DNA of 33,110 nt from a virus (taxonomy: Duplodnaviria > Caudoviricetes): IMG/VR virus record IMGVR_UViG_3300025018_002059, positions 1-33,110 of that record; one strand, 5' to 3'. Within the stretch, counting starts at the first letter, position 1; each line of letters opens with the position of its first letter. The translations under genes were made by a program, and so were the position numbers. Shown here piece by piece: positions 17,993-26,769 of this stretch. Below the pieces are notes generated by a model. The model saw nothing but the letters and a program-made list of their open reading frames with translations. It had not been told where the DNA came from and did no database searches.

Positions 17993-18818
17993 TGCTTTGC
18001 AGTTTGATAGGGCTAAGGCAGCAGCAGTAAGGGAGGTTTTTTTTGAGCTCGTCGGGCGGCGGCCCGGGAAGGCGGAGCTAGCCTTTTTCGTCAAGAAGGA
18101 CTATAGCCTAGCGCAGATTGTAGAGGTGGTGTGTAAGACGTACAAGCAGGAGTGTGAGCAACGCGCTGAGGAAGCGGCTGGTAAGCTACCGCTAACGCTG
18201 GCTATTTTTGCAAAGGATAACGAGGACTCTATTGCTCTTCCCATCCAGAACATGGGAGGGCTGGTTCGTGAGGTTGTAGTTGTAGATACAGGGTCCACAG
18301 ATAAGACGGTAGAGGTAGCTGAGTCTCTAGGGGCACGCGTGTACCGTGTGGGGTTTTCAGATTTTGGCAGTATTCGTACAGTGACGGCCCTACTTGGCAC
18401 CCAGCAGTGGGTATTGGGCCTGGACTCTGACGAGATTTTGGCTCCCGAGGAGCTGGACCAGCTCGCACCACTTCTTCTAGAGGATGTCCCGGCCTGGGGA
18501 CTTCCGCGAAGGCGATGGGCTGACCTTGGGCGTACAGAGCAGGTAGAGCTGGAGGCGTACCCAGATAGGCAGTATAGGCTTTTGCGGCGCACTCCCGATA
18601 ACGTGTACAGAAACAGGGTGCACGAGCGCCTGGACTGTCTTGGTGGCGTGCCAGCTAAAGAAGCTGACGGCCCCCACATTGAGCACTTCCAGGATGTTTT
18701 TAAGAAGGGGCAGCGCCTAGTTGACCGTAACAACTTGTACAAGGACTTGTACAGTAAGGACACAGCGGACGGCATCTTAAGAGATACTCCCGCCGTAGCT
18801 CCTATGGATGAGAGATAA
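17985..18818 (+). CDS. GT2 glycosyltransferase with extra N-terminal helical domain
   Basis: Start corrected to GTG 17985 (SD GGAGGT). IFAKDNE, VVVDTGSTDKT, LDSDE, YPD.Q.RL, VHE. Confidence 0.88.
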   Translation: MASALQFDRAKAAAVREVFFELVGRRPGKAELAFFVKKDYSLAQIVEVVCKTYKQECEQRAEEAAGKLPLTLAIFAKDNEDSIALPIQNMGGLVREVVVVDTGSTDKTVEVAESLGARVYRVGFSDFGSIRTVTALLGTQQWVLGLDSDEILAPEELDQLAPLLLEDVPAWGLPRRRWADLGRTEQVELEAYPDRQYRLLRRTPDNVYRNRVHERLDCLGGVPAKEADGPHIEHFQDVFKKGQRLVDRNNLYKDLYSKDTADGILRDTPAVAPMDER

Positions 18819-19612
18819 TGCTAGCTGGCATCACCCTAGTCGCTAATGGCACAGAGATGGGTTACCCATATGAGGCGTGTATTCGCAATCTTCTTTCCTG
18901 CTGTGACAAGGTATTTGTCAACACAGAGTCAGAGAACAGAGATGATACTCTAACTAGGCTTCTATCATTTGGCGAGCGCGTGGTGGTGCTGCCTACAGCG
19001 TGGGATTGGTCGGTGACTAACGGCGTCGACCTAGCTCACCGGGCTAACATGTGTGCTCACGAGGCGGCCAACAGCGGCTTCAAGCATGTACTATACGTGC
19101 AGGCTGATGAGGTAGTGAACCCCACAGAGGTAGAGAGGCTCAAGCCTAGGCTTGGTAAGTTCAATATGGAACTGCAGCGTACTTACTTCTGGGGAGACCT
19201 CAAGACTGTAAACAAGACGTGGACTCTACCAATCGGGAGGATGGGCAATCTGTCGGAGTTCAGGGTGCTTGGAGACGGAATGTTTGCCGCTTTTACTAGG
19301 TCTATTCCAACAGTGCGCGTTCCTCCTGAGGTATGTCGTATCTACCACTATTCCCGCGTAGGCGATTCAAAAGCTATTGCTCGACGGTTGAACACGCTGG
19401 ATTCTTTGTTTCATAGTGAAGGGACGTATACTCCGCTGAGTGACTATGTTCTTGGTAAGAACAACAACTTTGAGGAGGGTGCCGAGGGCGCAGAGTTGGC
19501 GAGTGTTGAAGAGTTCTTTAAAACAGGGGCTCCCCTATCCGTGCATCCTCCTGGAATCCTTGATTTTTATTCGTCTGGCACCCACACTGGAGGTCCTTAT
19601 GCTGGAGACTAG
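18818..19612 (+). CDS. GT-A fold (GT2-like) glycosyltransferase
   Basis: YPYEACIRNLLSCCD, DDT, YVQADE, IYHY; TAATG overlap with the upstream gene. Confidence 0.75.
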   Translation: MLAGITLVANGTEMGYPYEACIRNLLSCCDKVFVNTESENRDDTLTRLLSFGERVVVLPTAWDWSVTNGVDLAHRANMCAHEAANSGFKHVLYVQADEVVNPTEVERLKPRLGKFNMELQRTYFWGDLKTVNKTWTLPIGRMGNLSEFRVLGDGMFAAFTRSIPTVRVPPEVCRIYHYSRVGDSKAIARRLNTLDSLFHSEGTYTPLSDYVLGKNNNFEEGAEGAELASVEEFFKTGAPLSVHPPGILDFYSSGTHTGGPYAGD

Positions 19613-20156
19613 ACTAGCGTCGATGCTTAAAGAGGCAGAGGTGTGCACCATAAAGGGCCTGTGCAACGTGCTTGGCCAGCTATTCGTTAAGCCCTTGTGC
19701 GTAGAGACGGGCACTACCTACGTGGGTTCCGGGGACGACCTGGTGCACACCACTACGAATAACCTGGCGGACATGTGTAGGCGCACTGGCGGTAGACTTA
19801 TCTCTTTTGATATTGATGAGCAGCACCAAGAGTTTGCGAGGAAACTTTGCGGAGGCGGCCCGGTAGAGTTTGTTAGCGGAGACAGCGTTGAGAGGATGTA
19901 CAGTTACCCGTTTGAGTCTACTGACGGCATTGACATTCTTTGTCTAGACTCCAAGGAGTTTGACCCTGACCACATGGTCAAAGAGTTTAGTGCAGTACAT
20001 ACGCACTTGAAGAAGTCGCACGTGGTGCTCTCCGATGATATTCATAACCCCAACTCAGTGAAGTGGGTTAAGATGGTGCCAGAGCTAAAGCGCTTAGGCT
20101 ACCATTACACTGAGCTGCACACACCAACAGGCATGTTCGTAGCCTGGGTAGGGTAA
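19599..20156 (+). CDS. Class I SAM methyltransferase (Methyltransf_24-like)
   Basis: Start corrected to ATG 19599 (SD GGAGG). VETGT, SFDID, GDSV, IDILCLDS, VLSDD. Confidence 0.8.
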   Translation: MLETRLASMLKEAEVCTIKGLCNVLGQLFVKPLCVETGTTYVGSGDDLVHTTTNNLADMCRRTGGRLISFDIDEQHQEFARKLCGGGPVEFVSGDSVERMYSYPFESTDGIDILCLDSKEFDPDHMVKEFSAVHTHLKKSHVVLSDDIHNPNSVKWVKMVPELKRLGYHYTELHTPTGMFVAWVG

Positions 20157-20162
20157 GAGAGT

Positions 20163-20984
20163 ATGTCAAAAAAAGTATTTACACCAGTTCCCCACGACCA
20201 GATTGCACGCGAGGGCTCCAAGTTTGCTTCATCGCACCCAAACTCTGAATGGAAAGAGTACGAACACACTCAAGCGCAGCTTGATTTCCTCAGCACTTCC
20301 CTGCGCTTCCTAATTAATACTCAGAACGGCGAGGGTGTAGATGATAGCCACCTTCTCGAGGGCTCGACTATAGTAAAGCGCGTGGCCCCCACTGTTGTCG
20401 ATAAAGATGTTCTGGTTCTTGGCGCGGGCACTGGAAGGGAGATGAAGGCCTTTAGAGAGTGCGGTGCCAAGACAGTATCCGGCGTTACACTTGGAAATAG
20501 AAATCAGATGTTTGCAGCGGAGGTGGTGGGAGAAAGTCCTGTAGTTTCTGATGTACACACGTTACTATGGCCACGAGAGTCCTTCGACATTGTGGCTGCG
20601 ATGCACGTACTTGAGCACGCGTACGCACCTATTATTTTCTTGCTTGGCGCCCACCGCGTACTGCGCACAGGAGGGCTGCTAGCCATTGAAACTCCAGCCG
20701 CGAAACAGCACTCAGGGGACGCCTGGTTTCACCATATTCTTTGTCCTACACCGCGCCAGCTGTTTTCTTTACTGCTTAAAGCAGGGTTTAGACCATCCAA
20801 GCTAGTGCTAGCCGAGGTTGTTATAGACGTACTGTCTTATGCGACAGAGAGAGACTTGCCAGATTCGTGGGCAGATGCCTCTGATAAAACCGTATACTTT
20901 GAGGCAGTCCGCCTCGCTCCCAGCGAGCACCTACACGGCCAGCTTGCACGGTATTATGAGCTTTTGAAGCAAAATGGGGCGTAG
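20163..20984 (+). CDS. Class I SAM methyltransferase (paralogue group A)
   Basis: VLVLGAGTGRE, SFDIV, HVLEH..AP, RVLRTGG. Confidence 0.88.
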   Translation: MSKKVFTPVPHDQIAREGSKFASSHPNSEWKEYEHTQAQLDFLSTSLRFLINTQNGEGVDDSHLLEGSTIVKRVAPTVVDKDVLVLGAGTGREMKAFRECGAKTVSGVTLGNRNQMFAAEVVGESPVVSDVHTLLWPRESFDIVAAMHVLEHAYAPIIFLLGAHRVLRTGGLLAIETPAAKQHSGDAWFHHILCPTPRQLFSLLLKAGFRPSKLVLAEVVIDVLSYATERDLPDSWADASDKTVYFEAVRLAPSEHLHGQLARYYELLKQNGA

Positions 20985-20986
20985 CA

Positions 20987-21337
20987 GTGCCAAAAAAGAT
21001 TGTAACGATGTGTAGGCAGGGCCTGGTAAGGTCTGTATCTTTAGCTAATGTGCTTAAGATGTATTTTGAGCCTGTAGATGTGCTTCCTGTGGGCCATGCG
21101 TCCAACTCTAGGGAAACACTCAATATGCTGTTCGAGTGGGCTGATAGTATAATTGTGTTGGAGGCCCACTACTTGGCACACATTCCAGCAGAGTTTTCAC
21201 ATAAAGCTGTTGTCTGCGAGGTTGGTCACGATAACTACCACAACTCTAGGCACAGGCAGCTAATTGATATGTGCTGGAACTGGGCACGACTTAACTCAAA
21301 AACACTAGGCATAGCAGAGCATAGCAGGGAGGTATAG
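20987..21337 (+). CDS. Low-molecular-weight PTP-like (CX5R) phosphatase
   Basis: N-terminal IVTMCRQGLVRS is C-X5-R-S; LFEWADSIIVLE resembles the conserved WAD.I..ME segment. Confidence 0.7.
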   Translation: MPKKIVTMCRQGLVRSVSLANVLKMYFEPVDVLPVGHASNSRETLNMLFEWADSIIVLEAHYLAHIPAEFSHKAVVCEVGHDNYHNSRHRQLIDMCWNWARLNSKTLGIAEHSREV

Positions 21338-21339
21338 CA

Positions 21340-22152
21340 ATGCCAGAACGAAAGATTACGCAAATTACGCATGAGCAGTTGCAAGAAGAGAAGACTAGGT
21401 TCTACGCCGCTCACCAGAATGAGAATTTTTGGGCCCCAGTAACCCATTCTCCAGAGCAGCTAAAGCGCCTGCAGAAGTACCTTGGCTTCTTGATGGCTAC
21501 CCAGAACGGGACCGATATTGATGACTTTGTTATGGGTGATACCAGCCGACTAGCAGCCAACTTCAAGGATAGGGCAGAAGGGAAGTCAGTTCTTGTAATT
21601 GGCGCTGGTACTGGTCGGGAGATGAAGGCCTTTAGGGAGCTAGGGGCGGCTAGGGTCGAGGGAGTTACGTTTGGGGGCCGCAACAAAAAGTTTGCTGAGG
21701 AGATTGTGGGGGAGCACCCTATCATCTGTGACGCGCACTTCTGCCCGTGGACTACTGAGTCCTTCGATATCATCACAGCATTTCACGTATTTGAGCACTC
21801 TTACGCACCGCCCGTGTTTCTGCTGGAGATGAATAGACTGCTTCGCGTGGGAGGCACTTTGGCCTTGGAAACTCCAGACGCTAAGACTACTTCGATGGAT
21901 TCTTGGCTGCACCACGTGCTTTGTCCTACACCGCGCCAGCTTTTTGCACTATTACTGAAGACGGGGTTCAAGCCAGCAAAGGCTTCCCTCGGAAGTCTCG
22001 ATTATGACATGTCGGGGTACAAGTCGGAGAGGGACTTACCTGATGAGTGGGCCGATAAAGCCGATGTGTTCGTTTACATGGAGGGGGTAAAGATGGACCC
22101 CCAGACTTACGAGCGCGGCGATATGGCTCGGTTTTACGCGGCTATTAGGTAG
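21340..22152 (+). CDS. Class I SAM methyltransferase (paralogue group A)
   Basis: VLVIGAGTGREMKAFRE, SFDII, HVFEH, HHVLCPTPRQLF; collinear with 20163..20984. Confidence 0.88.
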   Translation: MPERKITQITHEQLQEEKTRFYAAHQNENFWAPVTHSPEQLKRLQKYLGFLMATQNGTDIDDFVMGDTSRLAANFKDRAEGKSVLVIGAGTGREMKAFRELGAARVEGVTFGGRNKKFAEEIVGEHPIICDAHFCPWTTESFDIITAFHVFEHSYAPPVFLLEMNRLLRVGGTLALETPDAKTTSMDSWLHHVLCPTPRQLFALLLKTGFKPAKASLGSLDYDMSGYKSERDLPDEWADKADVFVYMEGVKMDPQTYERGDMARFYAAIR

Positions 22153-22161
22153 GAGGTAGTT

Positions 22162-23088
22162 ATGAAAAACGTTTTGATTACAGGGGTAAACGGGTTTATC
22201 GGTTCAGCCCTAGCCTCCGCGCTTTGCTCGGACAACAGCCTGAATGTTGTCGGAGTTGGGTTTGACAAGCATAAGGACTTGGATGTGCCTGTGAACCATA
22301 TGGTTTACGGAGACCTGCGAGACGCGGGTTTTTGTCGGCGGGTAATTGGTGACTACGAGATTAATGACGTATTCCACCTAGCCGCCCAGTCTATTGTAAG
22401 AGTATGCTCGAATGACCCAGTGTCAGCATACGACATCAATATTATGGGCACGGTGAACCTACTAGAGGCCTGCCGCACAGTAGGCAAGAACACAGTAGAG
22501 TCCGTAGTTGTTAGCACGTCAGACAAGGCTTACGGACATTCGCCGGTCCCCTACACAGAGGACACCCCTCTGGAGCCCCTATTCACCTACGAGGCTTCGA
22601 AGACCTGTCAGGATATCATCTCCAGGAGCTACTTCCATAACTATGGAGTTCCAGTCAAGGTAGCCCGCTGTAGCAATGTTTACGGTCCGGGTGACAAGAA
22701 TCTATCAAGACTCGTTCCCCGCTCAATCTCGTTGCTTTCCAAGGGCGAAGCGCCTGTTTTGTACAACGGGGTCCATAACTACATCCGTGAGTTCATCTAT
22801 ATTGGTGATGTAGTCACGGCCTTCCTGACGATTGCCGATAAAGGTGCGGCGGGAGAAGCGTATTGTGTGGGTGGCTCCGGGCACTACCGTATCCTGGATG
22901 TTATTACCAAAATGGTAGAGCTCATGGGGTTGGATACCGAGCCGGTGATTGAAGATAAGGCCTCTAACTTCAAGGAGATTGAGGCACAGTATATTGATGC
23001 AACCAAACTGCGTTCTCTGGGATGGGAGCCCTTGGTAGATTTGGATGCAGGTTTGCTAGCTTCCATCAACTACTACGCAAAAGGATAG
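22162..23088 (+). CDS. Extended SDR, NDP-sugar 4,6-dehydratase-like
   Basis: LITGVNGFIG, FHLAAQ, NIMGTVNLLEA, STSDKAYG, YEASK, NVYGPGD. The TSDK motif is as in CDP-glucose 4,6-dehydratase-type enzymes. Confidence 0.9.
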   Translation: MKNVLITGVNGFIGSALASALCSDNSLNVVGVGFDKHKDLDVPVNHMVYGDLRDAGFCRRVIGDYEINDVFHLAAQSIVRVCSNDPVSAYDINIMGTVNLLEACRTVGKNTVESVVVSTSDKAYGHSPVPYTEDTPLEPLFTYEASKTCQDIISRSYFHNYGVPVKVARCSNVYGPGDKNLSRLVPRSISLLSKGEAPVLYNGVHNYIREFIYIGDVVTAFLTIADKGAAGEAYCVGGSGHYRILDVITKMVELMGLDTEPVIEDKASNFKEIEAQYIDATKLRSLGWEPLVDLDAGLLASINYYAKG

Positions 23089-23093
23089 TAACA

Positions 23094-23693
23094 ATGGCTG
23101 ACTCAGAAGACGAAAAAGTCTGGACTTACCACGCGAAAGAGCAGTGGGAAGAAAACAAGACTGGGCACAAGGTCCCAGATGACGACCCCTTTCGTGTGCG
23201 CCTACTTGCGCTGAAGGACGAGGTTACAGCTGTCGTAGACCTTGGGTGCGGGGGTGCCCTGTGGCGAGACTTTTTTCGTGGCTTCCACTACACGGGCATC
23301 GACCAAAACGCTGAGATGATTCGATACGCCAAGCTCCGCTGGCCTGATGATGTGTTAATCAACATGCCCGGGGAAGCCACCGGCCTGCCTGATGAATCCG
23401 TGCAGCTAGTCTTTACTTCAGCGGTAATTCAACACAACCGCCACCCTAGGAAGTCAGCTGTACTGAATGAGATTTACCGTATCTTGAAGCCTGGCGGGTA
23501 CTACCTCTGTACAGAGAATACCTTCAGGCCTGATAACTATGCATCTACCTTTGGCAGCAGGCCGTACTCGGACGACTTAGACGACGGGTATAGCTTCACC
23601 CCCTCCGGGTGGGAACGGTTTCTGTCTGCCCACAAATTTGACCGTGTTTGGTACCAGGCTCCTAGTGAGTACCTGTACAAGAAGCGCTCGTAG
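23094..23693 (+). CDS. Class I SAM methyltransferase (paralogue group B)
   Basis: Start corrected to ATG 23094. VVDLGCGG, GIDQNAEM, RILKPGG. Confidence 0.88.
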   Translation: MADSEDEKVWTYHAKEQWEENKTGHKVPDDDPFRVRLLALKDEVTAVVDLGCGGALWRDFFRGFHYTGIDQNAEMIRYAKLRWPDDVLINMPGEATGLPDESVQLVFTSAVIQHNRHPRKSAVLNEIYRILKPGGYYLCTENTFRPDNYASTFGSRPYSDDLDDGYSFTPSGWERFLSAHKFDRVWYQAPSEYLYKKRS

Positions 23694-23703
23694 GAGTATT
23701 ACA

Positions 23704-24300
23704 ATGGCCGATTCTACTGAAATTCATGTATGGGACCAGCACGCACTGGATGTGTGGGCTACTAATCCAACAGGCCACGTGTGTGAAGGCCAACCCCTGC
23801 GCCTGGAGCTGCTAAAGCTTAAAGACGAGGTTGTAACTACGTTGGACCTTGGCTGCGGTTTAGCACTCTGGCACAAACTATTCGAAGGTTTTGAGTATAT
23901 TGGTGTAGACCAAAGCCCCGAGATGCTCAGCTGCGCTAGGAAGCTCTGTCCGACCGGAAAGTTCATCCAGGCTAATGCAGAGGCCACTGGACTTAAGCCT
24001 GAATCTATTGACTTGGTATTTACAGCAGCGGTGCTGCAGCACAATAAGCACGCGCGTAAGTCCGACGTAGTGGCGGAGATTGTGCGTATTCTAAAGCCGG
24101 GAGGCTACTACTTGTGCACAGAGTGCACGTTCAGGCCTGACAATTTTCAACCTATCTTCCCCGGCAAGCCTTTTTCTGAGGACTTGACAGATGGATATAG
24201 CTTTACGGCTACAGGCTGGGCGAAGTTTATGGCAGAGCGTGGTCTTGAGCTGGTTTGGCATAAAGGCTCCGGAGAGTACCTTTACAGGAAGCAGGCGTAG
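23704..24300 (+). CDS. Class I SAM methyltransferase (paralogue group B)
   Basis: Start corrected to ATG 23704 (SD AGGAG). LDLGCG, GVDQSPEM, RILKPGG; tandem copy of the preceding gene. Confidence 0.88.
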   Translation: MADSTEIHVWDQHALDVWATNPTGHVCEGQPLRLELLKLKDEVVTTLDLGCGLALWHKLFEGFEYIGVDQSPEMLSCARKLCPTGKFIQANAEATGLKPESIDLVFTAAVLQHNKHARKSDVVAEIVRILKPGGYYLCTECTFRPDNFQPIFPGKPFSEDLTDGYSFTATGWAKFMAERGLELVWHKGSGEYLYRKQA

Positions 24301-25103
24301 TGATGGAGCAGTGCCGTATATTCACGACGTGTGAGAGTAGGCGAGATGTTTACGTTCACGCTAAGGATTACCAGAACAAGGCGGTTAGGCTTGTTAGGTC
24401 CCTGCGGAAAAACGGCGGCACCTGCAAGAAGTTCCCAGTTACGGCGTGGTATGGTGTTGCTGCCAAGCCTTCTGATGACACCATCAAAAGGCTCCAGGAT
24501 TTGGGCTGCTCTGTTGTAGAAGGTACCGTTTCCCATACTAAGTACCCCTTGTTTAGCAAGATAGACACCATCCAGGCACCGTTTGAAGAGCCTTTTGGTA
24601 TGTGGATGGATACTGATATGTACGTGCTTGGTGACTTCGGGGAGCTGGTTTTCGAGAACCAGGTGGATGTCGCCGCACCGGACAACTGTTACACGTTTCA
24701 TAAGTGGGTGAGGGAGGAAGATACCCCTGTGTGGAACAGGTACTATGATATGCTAGGCATCAAGCGCCCGGTACCTACTATGCCTACTTGTTTGGACAAA
24801 GGCTCTGGCAACTTCTACTTCAACTCCGGATTGATACTATTCCGAAATGGTATTGGTTTTCCTCAGCTGTACGCACGGACTGCAGAGGCAGTGTTGGGCA
24901 GTTCCGTTGATGAGAGGGAGTTGAACTTTACTCAGACCTCTCTTTCACTTACGGTTTTGCGCGCTGGGTATACGTGGAAGGTAGTGCCAGAGAAGTTCCA
25001 CAGTTGCTGTGCTTTGCGGCACAAACTAATGCCGGACACCCTGCTATCACACTACCAGGATAGCAGGGTGGCAGAGATTTCAGAGGAAGACTGGAATGTA
25101 TAG
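24300..25103 (+). CDS. GT-A fold glycosyltransferase, GT8-like
   Basis: SKI, WMDTD (DxD), YFNSGLIL, Q, terminal HY. Start is GTG 24300 or ATG 24303. Confidence 0.7.
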   Translation: MMEQCRIFTTCESRRDVYVHAKDYQNKAVRLVRSLRKNGGTCKKFPVTAWYGVAAKPSDDTIKRLQDLGCSVVEGTVSHTKYPLFSKIDTIQAPFEEPFGMWMDTDMYVLGDFGELVFENQVDVAAPDNCYTFHKWVREEDTPVWNRYYDMLGIKRPVPTMPTCLDKGSGNFYFNSGLILFRNGIGFPQLYARTAEAVLGSSVDERELNFTQTSLSLTVLRAGYTWKVVPEKFHSCCALRHKLMPDTLLSHYQDSRVAEISEEDWNV

Positions 25104-25866
25104 CGATACCAAAGAGGAGTATGAGGAGCAGTGGAAGAGATTTAGAGCTCTTGAGATAGAGGAGCTCGGGTTTCGTCTTGCTGGTGAAGGTGTCGAGGCA
25201 GAAGATTGGAGGGTTGTTGACCCACTGTTGTGGAGGTTTGTTAACGCTCTCAGCTCCCAGCACGATAAGATTTTTGAGGACTATCCACTGGACGTTAACA
25301 ACAAGTTCGTACGATACCTAAATAGGTGGCCGGCCGGTAGCCGAGTGCTGCACCTAGGGTGTGGTACTGGCCGAGAGGTTTTGGTTGGCAAGTCCATGGG
25401 AATTAACTCCGTAGGTGTAACGTTGGGAAGAAGGAACGTGTTGTTTGGAAAGAAGATTTTGGGTCTGGGAGATGATGAGATTATTCTCTGCCCCTGTGAG
25501 CACCTACCGTTTCCGGAAGGACATTTTGATGCAGTCCTTGGCTGCCAGATTTTTGAGCATACTGTGGCCCCTCTAGTGTTTTTGTTGGAGCAGGGCCGGG
25601 TACTAAAAATGGGTGGAGAGATTGTTTTGGAGTGGCCCCCAGCGTCCGCGCACGCCACTAACGGCTTTACTCCTGGCCAGGCGTGGGGTTTGCTAATGAA
25701 GGCGGGGTTTCGTGACATCAAGCTGTTCTACAACGATATGTCGCCAATCCCAGAGGCAAGTTGGTGGATGGGAGAGCAGCCCAGGGGGTACGTTATAGCT
25801 ACGGCCAAGAAAGCGCCCTCTGATGTGGATTACATAATCTCCTCGCGAAAAGCGTGGTGGGAGTAG
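25096..25866 (+). CDS. Class I SAM methyltransferase (divergent group A)
   Basis: VLHLGCGTGRE, GVTLGRRN, IFEHTVAPLVFLLE, RVLKMGG, LLMKAGF. Confidence 0.85.
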   Translation: MYSDTKEEYEEQWKRFRALEIEELGFRLAGEGVEAEDWRVVDPLLWRFVNALSSQHDKIFEDYPLDVNNKFVRYLNRWPAGSRVLHLGCGTGREVLVGKSMGINSVGVTLGRRNVLFGKKILGLGDDEIILCPCEHLPFPEGHFDAVLGCQIFEHTVAPLVFLLEQGRVLKMGGEIVLEWPPASAHATNGFTPGQAWGLLMKAGFRDIKLFYNDMSPIPEASWWMGEQPRGYVIATAKKAPSDVDYIISSRKAWWE

Positions 25867-25887
25867 TCAAGGATTGGAGTTACAGGT

Positions 25888-26760
25888 ATGAGCAAGATTA
25901 TCTACTGCATGATGACCCAGAACCGCCTTAGCGAGGTTCAGCACTGCGTCGAGGCTGCTCTGCCGTACGTTGACCACATTGTCATCGTTGACGGCGGCAG
26001 CATTGATGACTCTATCTGGTTCTTCAGGAACTGGTCTGAGCAAGAGCCGAAGATTCACTACTACATTCATCCGTGGACTGATAACTTCTCAGCGCAGCGC
26101 ACCAAGTACCTGAGGCACGCTGATGAGTTTGCAGAGCCTGGAGATTACGTCCTTGTTTCAGACCCGGATGAGTGGTTTGAGGAAGACACCTTCAAGAGCT
26201 TGAAGAAGGTGTGCGACAAGATGGACAACTTGCCGTATACTGCAGCTGGGTTTCAGTGCAAGTCCATCTCTATGAAGGGGCCGGAGATTGTACACACGAA
26301 CGTGGACAATTACTGGAAGCACCTACTATACAAGTGGGAGCCTGGTATGCGTTATCAGGGCAACCCCCACGAGACAATGGTGCTGCCTTCCGGGTTCAGT
26401 ATGGTAAACACCCCACTGTTCTACTGGCACGTAAAGCAGCAGAACGTTATCTGGGAGCGCGGTTTCCGCAACCTGTATCATGGCGGCGGTGGCCCGAACC
26501 TAGGAACAAAGAACCAGAAGTGGTTGGACCTGAAGAGAATCATTGTTGAGGTATACGGCAAAGAGCTTACCTGGCACGAGTTTCAGAAAGAGATGCTGGT
26601 CGGCTCGCTGCCCGAGCCTTTGAAAGCGTGGCTGCTTATGGCAAAGGATGAGACAGGGTACGACGGGGCGAGTGAGCACAGGGAAGCATACAAAACGTAC
26701 TTCCGAGTGTATCACCCAGAAGAAGAGCCTGCCGAGTTTGCAGGCACGTACATTGAGTAA
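25888..26760 (+). CDS. GT2 glycosyltransferase
   Basis: VIVDGGSIDDS, WTDNFSAQR, SDPDE, PHE. Confidence 0.85.
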   Translation: MSKIIYCMMTQNRLSEVQHCVEAALPYVDHIVIVDGGSIDDSIWFFRNWSEQEPKIHYYIHPWTDNFSAQRTKYLRHADEFAEPGDYVLVSDPDEWFEEDTFKSLKKVCDKMDNLPYTAAGFQCKSISMKGPEIVHTNVDNYWKHLLYKWEPGMRYQGNPHETMVLPSGFSMVNTPLFYWHVKQQNVIWERGFRNLYHGGGGPNLGTKNQKWLDLKRIIVEVYGKELTWHEFQKEMLVGSLPEPLKAWLLMAKDETGYDGASEHREAYKTYFRVYHPEEEPAEFAGTYIE

Positions 26761-26769
26761 GGGTGGTTA

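Noticed and set aside
18037-18044. T8 run in the GT2 gene (and A7 at the start of 20163) as phase-variation tracts
   Set aside because: Short, in frame, and explained by Val-Phe-Phe and Lys-Lys codons; would need read-level length variation.
19599-25866. Methyltransferases as DNA methyltransferases
   Set aside because: No DPPY/NPPY or PCQ catalytic motifs; they look like small-molecule or sugar class I enzymes.
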